A stretch of 64,000 bases of DNA. Origin: Candidatus Hadarchaeota archaeon. Its GTDB lineage: Archaea; CAYQAE01; CAYVLA01. The notes beneath the pieces are model-generated. The model saw only the letters and a list, made by a program, of their open reading frames with translations. It was not told the origin of the DNA and ran no database searches. This document shows, one piece after another, positions 49,174 to 58,882 of the stretch. Numbering within the stretch: the first letter of the stretch is position 1; each line of letters opens with the position of its first letter. Both the position numbers and the translations under genes were made by a program. The DNA is taken from NCBI GenBank assembly GCA_964621445.1, contig CAZUNO010000002.1, forward strand, positions 1-64,000, read 5' to 3'.

Positions 49174-50796
49174 ATGAGTAACGATAAAAAAACTAATTTT
49201 CTGTGGATATCATTTGAGGATACCAACCCCTTCTACGGTTGTTACGGTGACCACATCGCCCGCACTCCAAATCTTGATCGTCTTGCAGACGAGGGCTGCA
49301 TATGGACCAACGCATTCTCCACCGCGGGCGTTTGTGCACCCGCCCGCTCGGCCATAATAACCGGAATGTACCCCACCTCCATGGGCACTCATCACATGCG
49401 AACTACACATACCAACGAATTCGCTCCCGAATTACCCACCCCATACTCAGCCGTAGTTCCCCATTACGTAACCTGTTTCACCGAGTACCTGCGTGCAGCC
49501 GGTTACTACTGCACAAATAACGTTAAAACCGATTACCAGTTCGATCCCCCCTTAACGGCCTGGGATGAATTGAGCAAAAACGGACACTGGCGTAATCGTC
49601 CAGATACCGAGCAACCTTTTTTCTCGGTATTCAACCTGGGACGCACCCATGAAAGTGGCATGTGGCCAGAGAAATGCCCCGAAATAGCTTTTGACCCCGA
49701 TAAAATGGAATTGCCACCATATTTCCCGGACACGCCTAAGGTCCGCAGGGCCATGGCCCGAATGTATACCAACATCGAGCAGAACGACCGGGTTCTCGGG
49801 GATCTACTAGAACAACTTGAGGAAGACGGTCTGGCCGAGAATACGATAGTGTTTCACTGGAGCGATCACGGACCTCTGCCACGAGGCAAACGCTGGCCCT
49901 ATGATTCCGGTATCCGCATTCCAATGATAATCCGCTGGCCAGGTAGACTGGAACCCGGAAGCGTGAATGAGAATCTGGTTAGCACCATTGACCTCGGTCC
50001 CACTGTACTATCACTCGCCGAAATCGATATACCCTGGCATATGCAGGGGAAAGCATTTCTGGGATCACAAACCGGACCTAGCCGGGACTACATCTTTGCC
50101 AGCCGCGACCGGTATGACGAGTCCTATGACATGGTACGGGCCGTCCGGGACAAGCGCTTCAAGTACATCCGGAACTACTATCCTAACAAACCATACCTGC
50201 TCTGGATACCATACAGGAACAGGCATCCCATAGTACAGGAAATGTGGCGTTTGCACCTTGAGGACAAGCTAGAAGGAGCACAACGCCTGATGTTTCGGTC
50301 CCGGCCAGTAGAGGAACTCTATGATACACGACAGGATCCTCATGAAATTCATAATCTGGCGGATAACCCTGAATACCAACCGGAACTCAGGAGACTTCGT
50401 GAAGCCCTGGATGCTTGGATAAATGAGGTAGGGGACATGGGAGAAATCCCGGAAGAGGAGATGATACGCCGTTGGTACCCGACTGGGGAAAAACCACGCA
50501 CCGCGCCACCATTATTTATTCCTATCACTAAGGATAACCCAGGGAAGGACCCAGCCCCACGTGGGGGAGAATATCAAGGGCCTTTTCTCATTCAGATCTA
50601 TTGTGCCACGCAGGGGGCCTCTATCGCCTATACATTTGATCAGGATGATAACCCCCATTGGCTGCTCTATACAAAACCAATTCGATTACCAGAGGGCGAG
50701 AACAGGCTGAGAGCTAAAGCAATTCGAATTGGGTACACAGAAAGCACGGAAAGAGCGGCAACCTTTTCCGTATCTAACCACGGATTGCCAGCTTAA
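49174..50796 (+). CDS. Cys-type sulfatase (sulfamidase-like) with C-terminal FN3-associated/chitobiase-like domain
   Basis: CAPARS, SDHG, RDRYDE..RAVR, EELYD; C-terminal ATQGASIAYT..LY..PI..AKAIRIGY. Confidence 0.9.
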   Translation: MSNDKKTNFLWISFEDTNPFYGCYGDHIARTPNLDRLADEGCIWTNAFSTAGVCAPARSAIITGMYPTSMGTHHMRTTHTNEFAPELPTPYSAVVPHYVTCFTEYLRAAGYYCTNNVKTDYQFDPPLTAWDELSKNGHWRNRPDTEQPFFSVFNLGRTHESGMWPEKCPEIAFDPDKMELPPYFPDTPKVRRAMARMYTNIEQNDRVLGDLLEQLEEDGLAENTIVFHWSDHGPLPRGKRWPYDSGIRIPMIIRWPGRLEPGSVNENLVSTIDLGPTVLSLAEIDIPWHMQGKAFLGSQTGPSRDYIFASRDRYDESYDMVRAVRDKRFKYIRNYYPNKPYLLWIPYRNRHPIVQEMWRLHLEDKLEGAQRLMFRSRPVEELYDTRQDPHEIHNLADNPEYQPELRRLREALDAWINEVGDMGEIPEEEMIRRWYPTGEKPRTAPPLFIPITKDNPGKDPAPRGGEYQGPFLIQIYCATQGASIAYTFDQDDNPHWLLYTKPIRLPEGENRLRAKAIRIGYTESTERAATFSVSNHGLPA

Positions 50797-53216
50797 AGAT
50801 CCTCGATTATCAGGGGATGAGCTGGGTCAGTGATTAACCACTGGGGCAATCCCTTGTCAAGTGTAATGATCTCATAATTATCGGATTTATGCATCAGTAT
50901 CTTCCAGAACCCCGGTTTGGATTCCCCCCGCGAAATAAGGATATGGGAAGATGACCCATGAACCTTGGGATTTTCCAAGCACCCCATATGCTCCTCATCC
51001 GGGGAAAAGACATCGGCTTTAGCTCCACTCTTGCCAAGAATCAGGTTGAAGCTCTCCGTCCCTTCCGGTACGTGGAAATATAGGGGCAAATCTTCATCAA
51101 GGCACCTCCCATCCAGATCCAAGCCGTGAGGTGGAACATGGAAAGCCATCCAAGCACCGTTAACCCTCATTTTCTCCAAGGCTGCCATACGGTACGGAGC
51201 TCTAAGAAAATAGACCTTGTTTGCCTTTCCCTGGAAGGTAATTGACCTTCCTTCGGCCACCATCCCGGTGTCAATCGATTTGCCCTTTTCATCTGTCAAC
51301 ACGTATTGTATAAATTCGGCCCTTCTATGGAATCTCTCAATTTTGATCTTGACTGCTCCTTCGGACGAGCTGTATAGAAGCAAATCAATTCCACCCCTGC
51401 CCACTGGTACCAGGCAGTCCCTTGGACCTGTCTCACCCCCTATGGGCGGACTCTCCGTCACCGCCAACTCAGGGGGTTGAAAATCGATCTTTCTGGTTAT
51501 CCTACATCCCTCTCGCTGATTTGCAAGAAGCTCATCGATCTCATCCTCATCGAGGGTCAAAGGTGATTGGTAATCTGGCGGCAGGAAGCCGTAATCACGG
51601 AGGTTCCATTGGAGAAGTGACAAAACATGGCCAAAGATATCCAGCCTTTTTTGTTGACTTGCCTTCTTCTCCACGGATAAGGCATCGAGATAGCAGCTCT
51701 CGATCTCTGGATAGAGGGGGGCATATAACTCCTCCAAATGCCTCTCGGTGAGCAGGTATTTTGCACCTGAATTGCGGTTATAGAACCGAGAAAAGGCCCT
51801 ATCGAGGAGACCGAAGAGTCTCTCCACGGATTTCCCTGCTTCATAACCATAGGCCTTCAGGTAATATTCGTGGAGTATCTCCCTCGCATCCTGGTCCGGG
51901 TTCCATAGCAGTCTGGCAATGGTATAGTTACCGGGACCAGAAACGGGCCAGACTGGGTTACCGTAGATATATCCTCCCTTGAAGCCATATTTAGACATAT
52001 TTGAGAAGGTCGACTTCAGAAGCTCCGGTGACGGGGGGCATATTATCCCATTTGGTTGCACCAGGGTCGTCGGCAGATCATAGTAGTAGATATCGAAGCC
52101 GTGTTTTCTTGATAGTTCACTCCAATCTCCCCATATGGATTCGTCCCATCTTTGCTTGACCGAAGGACGATAGAGCCTGAAACCATAGGCAGGGCTATTG
52201 GGGATCACAAAGGCCAAGTTGGATTCAATATCCATTTCCTCGGAAGGCGGGTAACGATAATTCGCATACAGGTAACCCCCCAGCATGTGCTTCGGGAACT
52301 CCTTCTCCACAATCCGGGCCACATCGTTATAGAATTTCAAAACCAAAGGAGTAACCGAAATTTCACCATGGGGGTCAATTTCCTTAAGTGCCCCCGACTC
52401 CGGACTCTCGCTCCATGCCCCACCGTCGGCCGGTGATAGCGAGTACCACCGCCTTTTTGGATCCTCTCGAAATGCCTTGATGATTTTTTCGGCGAAATAT
52501 TGGACCATCTCCTGGTTCGTGGTCTCCAGCTTGTAGTATCGACCTATGGGCGGAACCCGATTTCCATCCCTCATGGCAAACCAGTCTGGGTGTTCATCGT
52601 AAAGAGAGGGAGGAACCGTCCTTATCCAACTATGATTATGCTCGATTGGGCAGACCTGGTGCAATTTCATGCGCTTATCCCATTCGTCCTCCAGAGGGGC
52701 TTTGTCTCTAAACGAAATAACGCGGTAATCAAAGGGTGGATGGTCTTCCCGGTCCATTTCGGGAATCACCAAATCTCCCATTTCCGTATATTCCTCCCCC
52801 ATCTCACCCGGCATTAGCCATCGGACTTCTAGATATTCCTCAATGAATGAATACACTCCATTGGAAGTACCATGATTCACTCCTCCCTTGTCGTTAAGCT
52901 CCCCATCTGGCGTGTCGGGACCTAGAATGAAGAGATTGGAATCGAGAGCTACAATTCTGTAGCCATCAATGGGAATCTCCGAAGGGTCCAGCCCCTCTTC
53001 CCTGGCTGCGGCAGTGTAACCCAAACTGATATACGGATTGGAAGGTGGCTGCTCGGTGGATATAACCTCGGGTAAAGCTCCAGTCACCTTTCCAAAATAA
53101 TTCCTTAGGTCCTTAGCCGCATTCCTTACGGATTCAGGAGCGGTTGGATCCAGGTAAATTGAATAATTGGTCTTTCTGTTCCGGACAATCGGGATTGATC
53201 CTCTTCCGGACTTCAA
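50793..53216 (-). CDS. DUF4838-domain protein (GH-like)
   Basis: AAKDLRNYF, GTSNGVYSFIE..VRWLMPG, HPDWFA, SLSPADG, ARLLWNP. Confidence 0.78.
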   Translation of the reverse strand: MKSGRGSIPIVRNRKTNYSIYLDPTAPESVRNAAKDLRNYFGKVTGALPEVISTEQPPSNPYISLGYTAAAREEGLDPSEIPIDGYRIVALDSNLFILGPDTPDGELNDKGGVNHGTSNGVYSFIEEYLEVRWLMPGEMGEEYTEMGDLVIPEMDREDHPPFDYRVISFRDKAPLEDEWDKRMKLHQVCPIEHNHSWIRTVPPSLYDEHPDWFAMRDGNRVPPIGRYYKLETTNQEMVQYFAEKIIKAFREDPKRRWYSLSPADGGAWSESPESGALKEIDPHGEISVTPLVLKFYNDVARIVEKEFPKHMLGGYLYANYRYPPSEEMDIESNLAFVIPNSPAYGFRLYRPSVKQRWDESIWGDWSELSRKHGFDIYYYDLPTTLVQPNGIICPPSPELLKSTFSNMSKYGFKGGYIYGNPVWPVSGPGNYTIARLLWNPDQDAREILHEYYLKAYGYEAGKSVERLFGLLDRAFSRFYNRNSGAKYLLTERHLEELYAPLYPEIESCYLDALSVEKKASQQKRLDIFGHVLSLLQWNLRDYGFLPPDYQSPLTLDEDEIDELLANQREGCRITRKIDFQPPELAVTESPPIGGETGPRDCLVPVGRGGIDLLLYSSSEGAVKIKIERFHRRAEFIQYVLTDEKGKSIDTGMVAEGRSITFQGKANKVYFLRAPYRMAALEKMRVNGAWMAFHVPPHGLDLDGRCLDEDLPLYFHVPEGTESFNLILGKSGAKADVFSPDEEHMGCLENPKVHGSSSHILISRGESKPGFWKILMHKSDNYEIITLDKGLPQWLITDPAHPLIIEDL

Positions 53217-53321
53217 GGTTCACACCTGCGTTAAATGCATGGGGCTGAAATACAAAGACTCCTATTTTCATACATTATACATCGATTAAAATCAAATGGA
53301 GAAAAATCCAGCGGGAATAAG

Positions 53322-53460
53322 CGCTGGGGAGGGGATTTGAACCCCTGAAGCCTTTCGGCAACTGACTAGCTGCTCCGATCTGGATTAGCAGGCATACGCT
53401 GCTAAGCATCAGCGCCCTTCCAGATTGCCCGTGGATTTCTCCACACTAGGCGACCCCAGC
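53322..53460 (-). tRNA. tRNA-Ser(GCT) with three introns (53425-53445, 53394-53409, 53368-53385); CCA not encoded
   Basis: Acceptor stem GCTGGGG/CCCCAGC, G73 discriminator, T arm AGGGG-TTCAAAT-CCCCT, long variable arm GCC-GAAA-GGC; removing three BHB/BHL-bounded segments gives an 84-nt cloverleaf with anticodon loop CT-GCT-AA. Confidence 0.92.
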
Positions 53461-53485
53461 TCCAAGAGTGTGGACTTACACGGGG

Positions 53486-53500
53486 AAATAAATCTTTTCG
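53486..53500 (-). promoter_or_regulatory. BRE-TATA promoter of tRNA-Ser
   Basis: CGAAAAGATTTATTT, with the TATA element 26-32 nt upstream of the mature 5' end. Confidence 0.6.
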
Positions 53501-53532
53501 ACAGAAGCGGCTCTCAATTTATCTGCGGCGAA

Positions 53533-55227
53533 TTAAACTGAATCCCCTACAAGAGATGTTGACAAATCTGAGGTTCCCTGTTTATCGTAGGGTAGAACCA
53601 GCATGAATTTCGTCCCCTTTCTAGTTTTTCTCCGGACATCGATGGTTCCGCCATGACCTTCCGCAATTTTCCTGCAAACGCACAGTCCGAACCCCTGCCC
53701 CTGTGCCTTCGTTGTAAACATGGGTTCGAAAATTCTATCCATATCCTCTTCGGGAATCCCTTCACCGGTATCACTAACGCTCATCTTAACGTTTCTGCCG
53801 TCAAAGGACGTGGATATGACGAGTTCTCCCCCATTGGGCATGGCCTGAAATGCGTTGGTTATGAGGTTAATGAGAACCCTTCTTATGAGATGAGGGTCCA
53901 CCTCGAATCCCTCCGGAGTGGGATCAATATCGGTTTGCACCGTCACATTATCAGGAACATCTACGGAATCGAGGACCTTCATAATGAAATCATGAACATC
54001 CACCGACTGAAGCTCAGGTCTTATGGGCCTAGCATAATCCTGAAGGTCGGAGACTATCTTGTTCATGTAACCGGCCCGCTTTTCAATCGTATCCAGCCGA
54101 TCCTTAACCTCCCTTAACGATCCCTTATCAAGTTCATTCTTAGCAAGATATAGGTTATTCACTATAACCTGCAGTGGATTCCGGAGGTCATGGCCAACCA
54201 TGGCCGTGGTCTCGCCGATAGCAGCCATTCGCTCCCTTTCCTTCAACTGCTTGGTCCTCTCCTCCACGAGCTGCTCCAAATGCTGCGAGTACTTCCTCAC
54301 CTTCTCTTCGGCCTCTTTCCTATCCGTTATATCCATTATTACTCCACGAAGCCCACTAAAATTTCCCTCATTCCATATGGGAATTGCACGCAATAAGACG
54401 GGGAAGGTGGAGCCATCTTTTCTTATTGCCGTAAACTCCCCTGGACCGATTTCTTGTTCCTCCACTAGTTTTCCTAATTCATTCTTCGCCTTCCCCCGAT
54501 CCTTCGGGGCCAACATATTAAACCCGTTTAGTCCGCGTTTAAGGTCTTCCTCACTGTAACCGAACATATTAAGAGCATTTTGATTCGTATAGGTCAAGTT
54601 TAGCTCCTCATCCGTTTCAAATATCGCCCCGGGCATCATATCGGCGACATTCCTGAAACGCTTCTCGCTTACCCTGCGACCCCACGAGGCCTCCTCCAAA
54701 CTTCTTGCAGAAAGCCACGCAACGGTCGCCAAAATAAAAAAACCAATCATGGCCATCACATTGGGGAATCTTTGACCAGCGGGTCCTAACCCCACAATGG
54801 TAATCGTTATGCTACATATGATGGCGAAAACAAAACTTGCCCATCGCCTCAATATGAAACTTGACAGTACTATAGGGATGGAGAAGAAGAAAACATTACG
54901 CCCGTCTGCAACTTCAACCGGGGAGTCGGAGAGAACGATGGCAATAATAAAGAGAAATAGTAATGCGAATGCCGCCGCTTCAACTGACCAATACCGGTAG
55001 AAGGCATATGTAAGCCCAATCGCCACGGTAATGATCCCAATCCCGATAAAAAGACTGCGTGTCTCCTTAGGCGAACCTACTTCCCCAAAGGATACCGCAA
55101 ATAACGTTATGATAAGGCCGACAATTAGGGCCATTGCCAGCGCTTCTAAAAAAAGCCGGACCAATCCCCTTCGCCGCTCACCTGGCATTTCGGATGAGAG
55201 ATTGCCTTGATTACTCAATCCATTCAC
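53533..55227 (-). CDS. membrane PAS-domain sensor histidine kinase
   Basis: About 6 TM helices, PAS/PAC, GHDLRNPL H-box, NLITNA, DTGEG, FTTK, GQGFGL; start may be 55188. Confidence 0.93.
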   Translation of the reverse strand: MNGLSNQGNLSSEMPGERRRGLVRLFLEALAMALIVGLIITLFAVSFGEVGSPKETRSLFIGIGIITVAIGLTYAFYRYWSVEAAAFALLFLFIIAIVLSDSPVEVADGRNVFFFSIPIVLSSFILRRWASFVFAIICSITITIVGLGPAGQRFPNVMAMIGFFILATVAWLSARSLEEASWGRRVSEKRFRNVADMMPGAIFETDEELNLTYTNQNALNMFGYSEEDLKRGLNGFNMLAPKDRGKAKNELGKLVEEQEIGPGEFTAIRKDGSTFPVLLRAIPIWNEGNFSGLRGVIMDITDRKEAEEKVRKYSQHLEQLVEERTKQLKERERMAAIGETTAMVGHDLRNPLQVIVNNLYLAKNELDKGSLREVKDRLDTIEKRAGYMNKIVSDLQDYARPIRPELQSVDVHDFIMKVLDSVDVPDNVTVQTDIDPTPEGFEVDPHLIRRVLINLITNAFQAMPNGGELVISTSFDGRNVKMSVSDTGEGIPEEDMDRIFEPMFTTKAQGQGFGLCVCRKIAEGHGGTIDVRRKTRKGTKFMLVLPYDKQGTSDLSTSLVGDSV

Positions 55228-56056
55228 TTCCAGAAATGGCCTCCTTCAGTCAATATTGGCGGGGCCTCCTTCTTTCACATTCATGGAAAAACAACGAAGG
55301 AAGTTGGTTTGCCAGGATCCGAGAGGGTCTTCAATCATTAAAGCCCAGATGAACTAAAGAATCACTCTGAGATTAATAATTAGATTATGTAAAAATCGCA
55401 AATCGTGTGGACCGACAGATGTATCTTGATTAATTCAGTTCTACGTAATTTTACAAAACAACGTCAATAAATGATGAAAATTTATTTGTAAAAGAGGCTC
55501 TTTGCTTCTAAATCGGCTCCAAATGCCCCAAATGTGACAAGAATAGCGAAAACCGCTCCTGGTTATAGGTATTATAGCAAAAGGAGTAATCCTAATGCGC
55601 CGATATTACCTTTAAGACCAGAAAGGGCCAAGTTTAAGAATAGAAATAACCAATAATTAAACATGGGGAAGGGGAAAAACGAGGACAATCTTCCAAAACT
55701 GCGTTTTATCCTGAGAGAACGTAGCATGGCCTGGGCTGCAGTAAAATTTGAACGGGAAGAAAAGAAATTGGAGATTGAGAAACCTGGGAGTCCATTAAGC
55801 TTGCTGAAATCCGACCGATTTGGTAGATCAGCCAAGAATTCGGTGCCCAATCACTTGGAATAGAATTCTTGATTGGCGTGGCTGATGGATGAAAAGGCCC
55901 GGCTCGGACTCTACAAGTGTCTGGAATATGAGGGAAAAATGGAGTTTAGGTAGGAATCTTGTTGAGGAGCCTACTTTATCATCCTGAAAATTGAGAATAG
56001 AGCTGGCAGCTCTCTTGCTATGATATTAATATGCGGATCATCCAATTAACTGAGAA

Positions 56057-56548
56057 ATGGAAAGAAGTGAGGTTTTAAGGCTCTGTGGAGCAAAGGGAAA
56101 AACCATTCTGGATATCGGGGCTGGTCCCCTGGCAAGGATCGCTGCAAAAAAGTTCAATTGTCGTGTTACCAGTATCGATATCGATGAATCAAAACTGAAA
56201 AGAGAAAAAGATCAGGTGGAAAGAGAAGAATTACAACATCAAATAGAACTGCGTAAAATGGATGCGGCTAATCTCCACCTTGAGGATAATTCGTACCAGA
56301 TTATTATCAGCTATGGTGCCCTTCACCACATTCCGTCGGAGGATCGGGAAAAATTCCTCTCTCACGCATTCCGGGTGGCGTCTGAGAAGCTGTGCATCGC
56401 TGATTTCAGACCTTCGGAATTTCCGCATTCCAAAGAGGAATACCTACCGGTCGACTTAAAGTGGTTGGGCTCCGCGCTTACCAAGCTGGGTCCAACTGAA
56501 AAACGTGTTGGGCGTCGTATGAATCTCTACATATGTTCCATCACATAG
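56057..56548 (+). CDS. class I SAM-dependent methyltransferase
   Basis: ILDIGAG, SIDID, MDA, ALHH. Confidence 0.85.
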   Translation: MERSEVLRLCGAKGKTILDIGAGPLARIAAKKFNCRVTSIDIDESKLKREKDQVEREELQHQIELRKMDAANLHLEDNSYQIIISYGALHHIPSEDREKFLSHAFRVASEKLCIADFRPSEFPHSKEEYLPVDLKWLGSALTKLGPTEKRVGRRMNLYICSIT

Positions 56549-56583
56549 AAAATATTAGTGGCATACCTCGGTTTTCTAGCATT

Positions 56584-57108
56584 ATGAAAGGAGCCGTAGT
56601 CGGCAGCACCAATCCCGTTAAGATCAATGCCGTCCGTGAAATCCTCGATTCTATTTTTGGAGATGTTCACGTTGAGGGCATATACGTCCCTTCTGGCATT
56701 TCAAGAATGCCGACCTCCCCAAAAGAGGCGATAAAAGGGGCCGAAAATAGGGCCCTGAAAGCCATGGAAAAGGGAGACTATGATATGGCATTTGGAATAG
56801 AGGGATTTACCCAGGAACTAGAACAGGGAATGTTCCTTTCCAGATGGTCTGTGGCAATGGATAGAGAGGGTAAGATGGGTTATGGGTGCAGCCATAAGTT
56901 TCAGCTGCCGAGTAAGATAGCCAAATCCATTAGAGCGGGGAGTGAGCTTGGCCCAATCATGGATGTTTTGACCGGTGAAGAGGGCGTTAGCAGGGAAAGG
57001 GGCGCCATCGGCGTCTTTACCAGGGGAACGGTAACCAGAAATGAAGCGGCCAAACAAAGCGTAATATGCTCACTGACCAGGTTCCTATCACCGGAACTAT
57101 ACCAATAG
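56584..57108 (+). CDS. yjjX: inosine/xanthosine triphosphatase (DUF84)
   Basis: GSTNPVKINAV, GAENRA, GIEG, ELG, GAIGVFT. Confidence 0.88.
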   Translation: MKGAVVGSTNPVKINAVREILDSIFGDVHVEGIYVPSGISRMPTSPKEAIKGAENRALKAMEKGDYDMAFGIEGFTQELEQGMFLSRWSVAMDREGKMGYGCSHKFQLPSKIAKSIRAGSELGPIMDVLTGEEGVSRERGAIGVFTRGTVTRNEAAKQSVICSLTRFLSPELYQ

Positions 57109-57114
57109 GACGAA

Positions 57115-58863
57115 TCAGGCGAATTCGATATCCACTATCTGGCCCTGTTCATTGAACGTCGCTCTGAAAATGGCCACATCGCTCGAGAGCTCCTCTCTGT
57201 ATTCCTCCGCATCCCCCTGCAGAATCTTCCATAATACCTTCACTGATGTCTCTATCCCCCTACGCCCCAGTCCCCCGACCGCCAGCCGCTGGCCCTTTCC
57301 GTGCTCGGTGTAAAGGCATAGGTAACCCCAGCTGGAGGCATTACCTCCCAACTTTGGAATGCCGGTCTTAATCTCCTCAAGGGAGGCTTCCCTCCCCGGC
57401 GACATGGCTCTAAAGCGAAGCCGGCCAGAAGATTCGGATATTTCTAGACGACCCTCCTGTGATATATAGCCGGAAACGAAGTTTGCATCAGGCCCTCCCA
57501 TCCCTATCACATCACGGTACGTGTGCTGGGAATCCAGGGTGTATCTACCACCTGTTTTTGATGCCACTTGGCTATGGTTAAGAACTCGCACTTCAATGCC
57601 CTGGTCGCTAATTATATCACTGGTTTCATTCCCCCAGATCTCCAGCTCGGATGCAGAGACAATACCCGTCGTATTACCACCATAGGTAATCTCCGTTACA
57701 TTGCCCAAAAGGTTCCCGAGATGAAACAGGTCAACATCAAATTCCAGGTTTACCGAGCGCAATACCTGCCTCTTGCTTTCATTCGCAACCCAATACTCCG
57801 CGGCGAGAACGATACTTTCGGAACCCTCTGGTGAGATTTCAGCAACGGCCTCAAGCTCCCTCAGTTCACCTGGCCCCAGACTATCAACGGTGATGTTGCC
57901 GGATAACAATTGGGCGCCACCACTTTGCTTGTATAGGTTGATATTTGACACCGAACCCGTTCCTTGATTCCATATCCCAATCGGTATGGCGGCGGTATAG
58001 TTACCATTCGGGGAGGGATGGACCTTTGGGGAGGTATCCAAAGCTAGCGCCTGTAGTTCCGCCTGCACTATATCCCCTGATACCCAGCGCACCATGTTTA
58101 GCAAAAATTGGTTATTATCAAACGAGTTTAAAAATCGGCTGCTCCAGAGATCATTGTCACCTATACAAGCTATCCTTCCCTTTCCGTAGGTCGAGATGGC
58201 GGCTATGGTCTTTTTTCCCGTATCCTCGTCATCGTCAAGTTCCAGATCACCATCGGTGTCCGCCCATGATTCCTCTGAAGTCCAGGCCACGGGAGAAGCA
58301 TTTCCGGAGGTCTGCAATGAACATCCCGCGTGATAACTGATACGATCCAAACCATCGGTCACCTCATCTCCGGAGAATGCATCTATCATTGGCCAATGTG
58401 CATATCTGGAATCCGAGATAAAGGGATTATTCGGGTCGCAAATGGTATTTCTCTCAAAAATTATACCAAACTCCGAGGTTATCTCGTTCACCCTTTCACG
58501 GGCCCATGGCTGATACTTTGAGCTCGAACCCTGACCAGCGATAATCATGCCGTTTCCCTCGGACACGTAATCCAGAAGCATATCGATGTCATTGGACAGG
58601 CTACCACCATCCCTTGGCGTTATTAACAGTACGGAGACCAGATCCGTCAGGTTATCCGGATGAAGTTTTTGCACGCCGGTATAGGGACTTAGCAAGTGGG
58701 CCCTGAAGCCTATTTTATCAAATGATACCGCGGCATGCCAGTAATCATAAATGCTGAGCTGTTCCTCCATATGAGTCTCTATAAAGGCAGCAGTTGGTTT
58801 TTCAACCGAGGAAATTGGCACAGCCGAGAATATAATAACCAGCAAGATCAGGCCGGAAATCAT
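57115..58863 (-). CDS. exported DUF4350/GIFT-like (GATase1 fold) multidomain surface protein
   Basis: Signal peptide after GGAGG RBS; LLITP, DYVSEGNGMIIAG, GKGRIACIGD, DNNQFLLNMVRW; CARDB-like Ig domain; GGPDAN S-layer-like motif. Confidence 0.7.
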   Translation of the reverse strand: MISGLILLVIIFSAVPISSVEKPTAAFIETHMEEQLSIYDYWHAAVSFDKIGFRAHLLSPYTGVQKLHPDNLTDLVSVLLITPRDGGSLSNDIDMLLDYVSEGNGMIIAGQGSSSKYQPWARERVNEITSEFGIIFERNTICDPNNPFISDSRYAHWPMIDAFSGDEVTDGLDRISYHAGCSLQTSGNASPVAWTSEESWADTDGDLELDDDEDTGKKTIAAISTYGKGRIACIGDNDLWSSRFLNSFDNNQFLLNMVRWVSGDIVQAELQALALDTSPKVHPSPNGNYTAAIPIGIWNQGTGSVSNINLYKQSGGAQLLSGNITVDSLGPGELRELEAVAEISPEGSESIVLAAEYWVANESKRQVLRSVNLEFDVDLFHLGNLLGNVTEITYGGNTTGIVSASELEIWGNETSDIISDQGIEVRVLNHSQVASKTGGRYTLDSQHTYRDVIGMGGPDANFVSGYISQEGRLEISESSGRLRFRAMSPGREASLEEIKTGIPKLGGNASSWGYLCLYTEHGKGQRLAVGGLGRRGIETSVKVLWKILQGDAEEYREELSSDVAIFRATFNEQGQIVDIEFA

Positions 58864-58882
58864 CCGCCTCCTCCAAATCACT

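Noticed and set aside
42000-53340. tRNA-anchored genomic island
   Set aside because: No integrase and no duplicated tRNA 3' end (att site) seen
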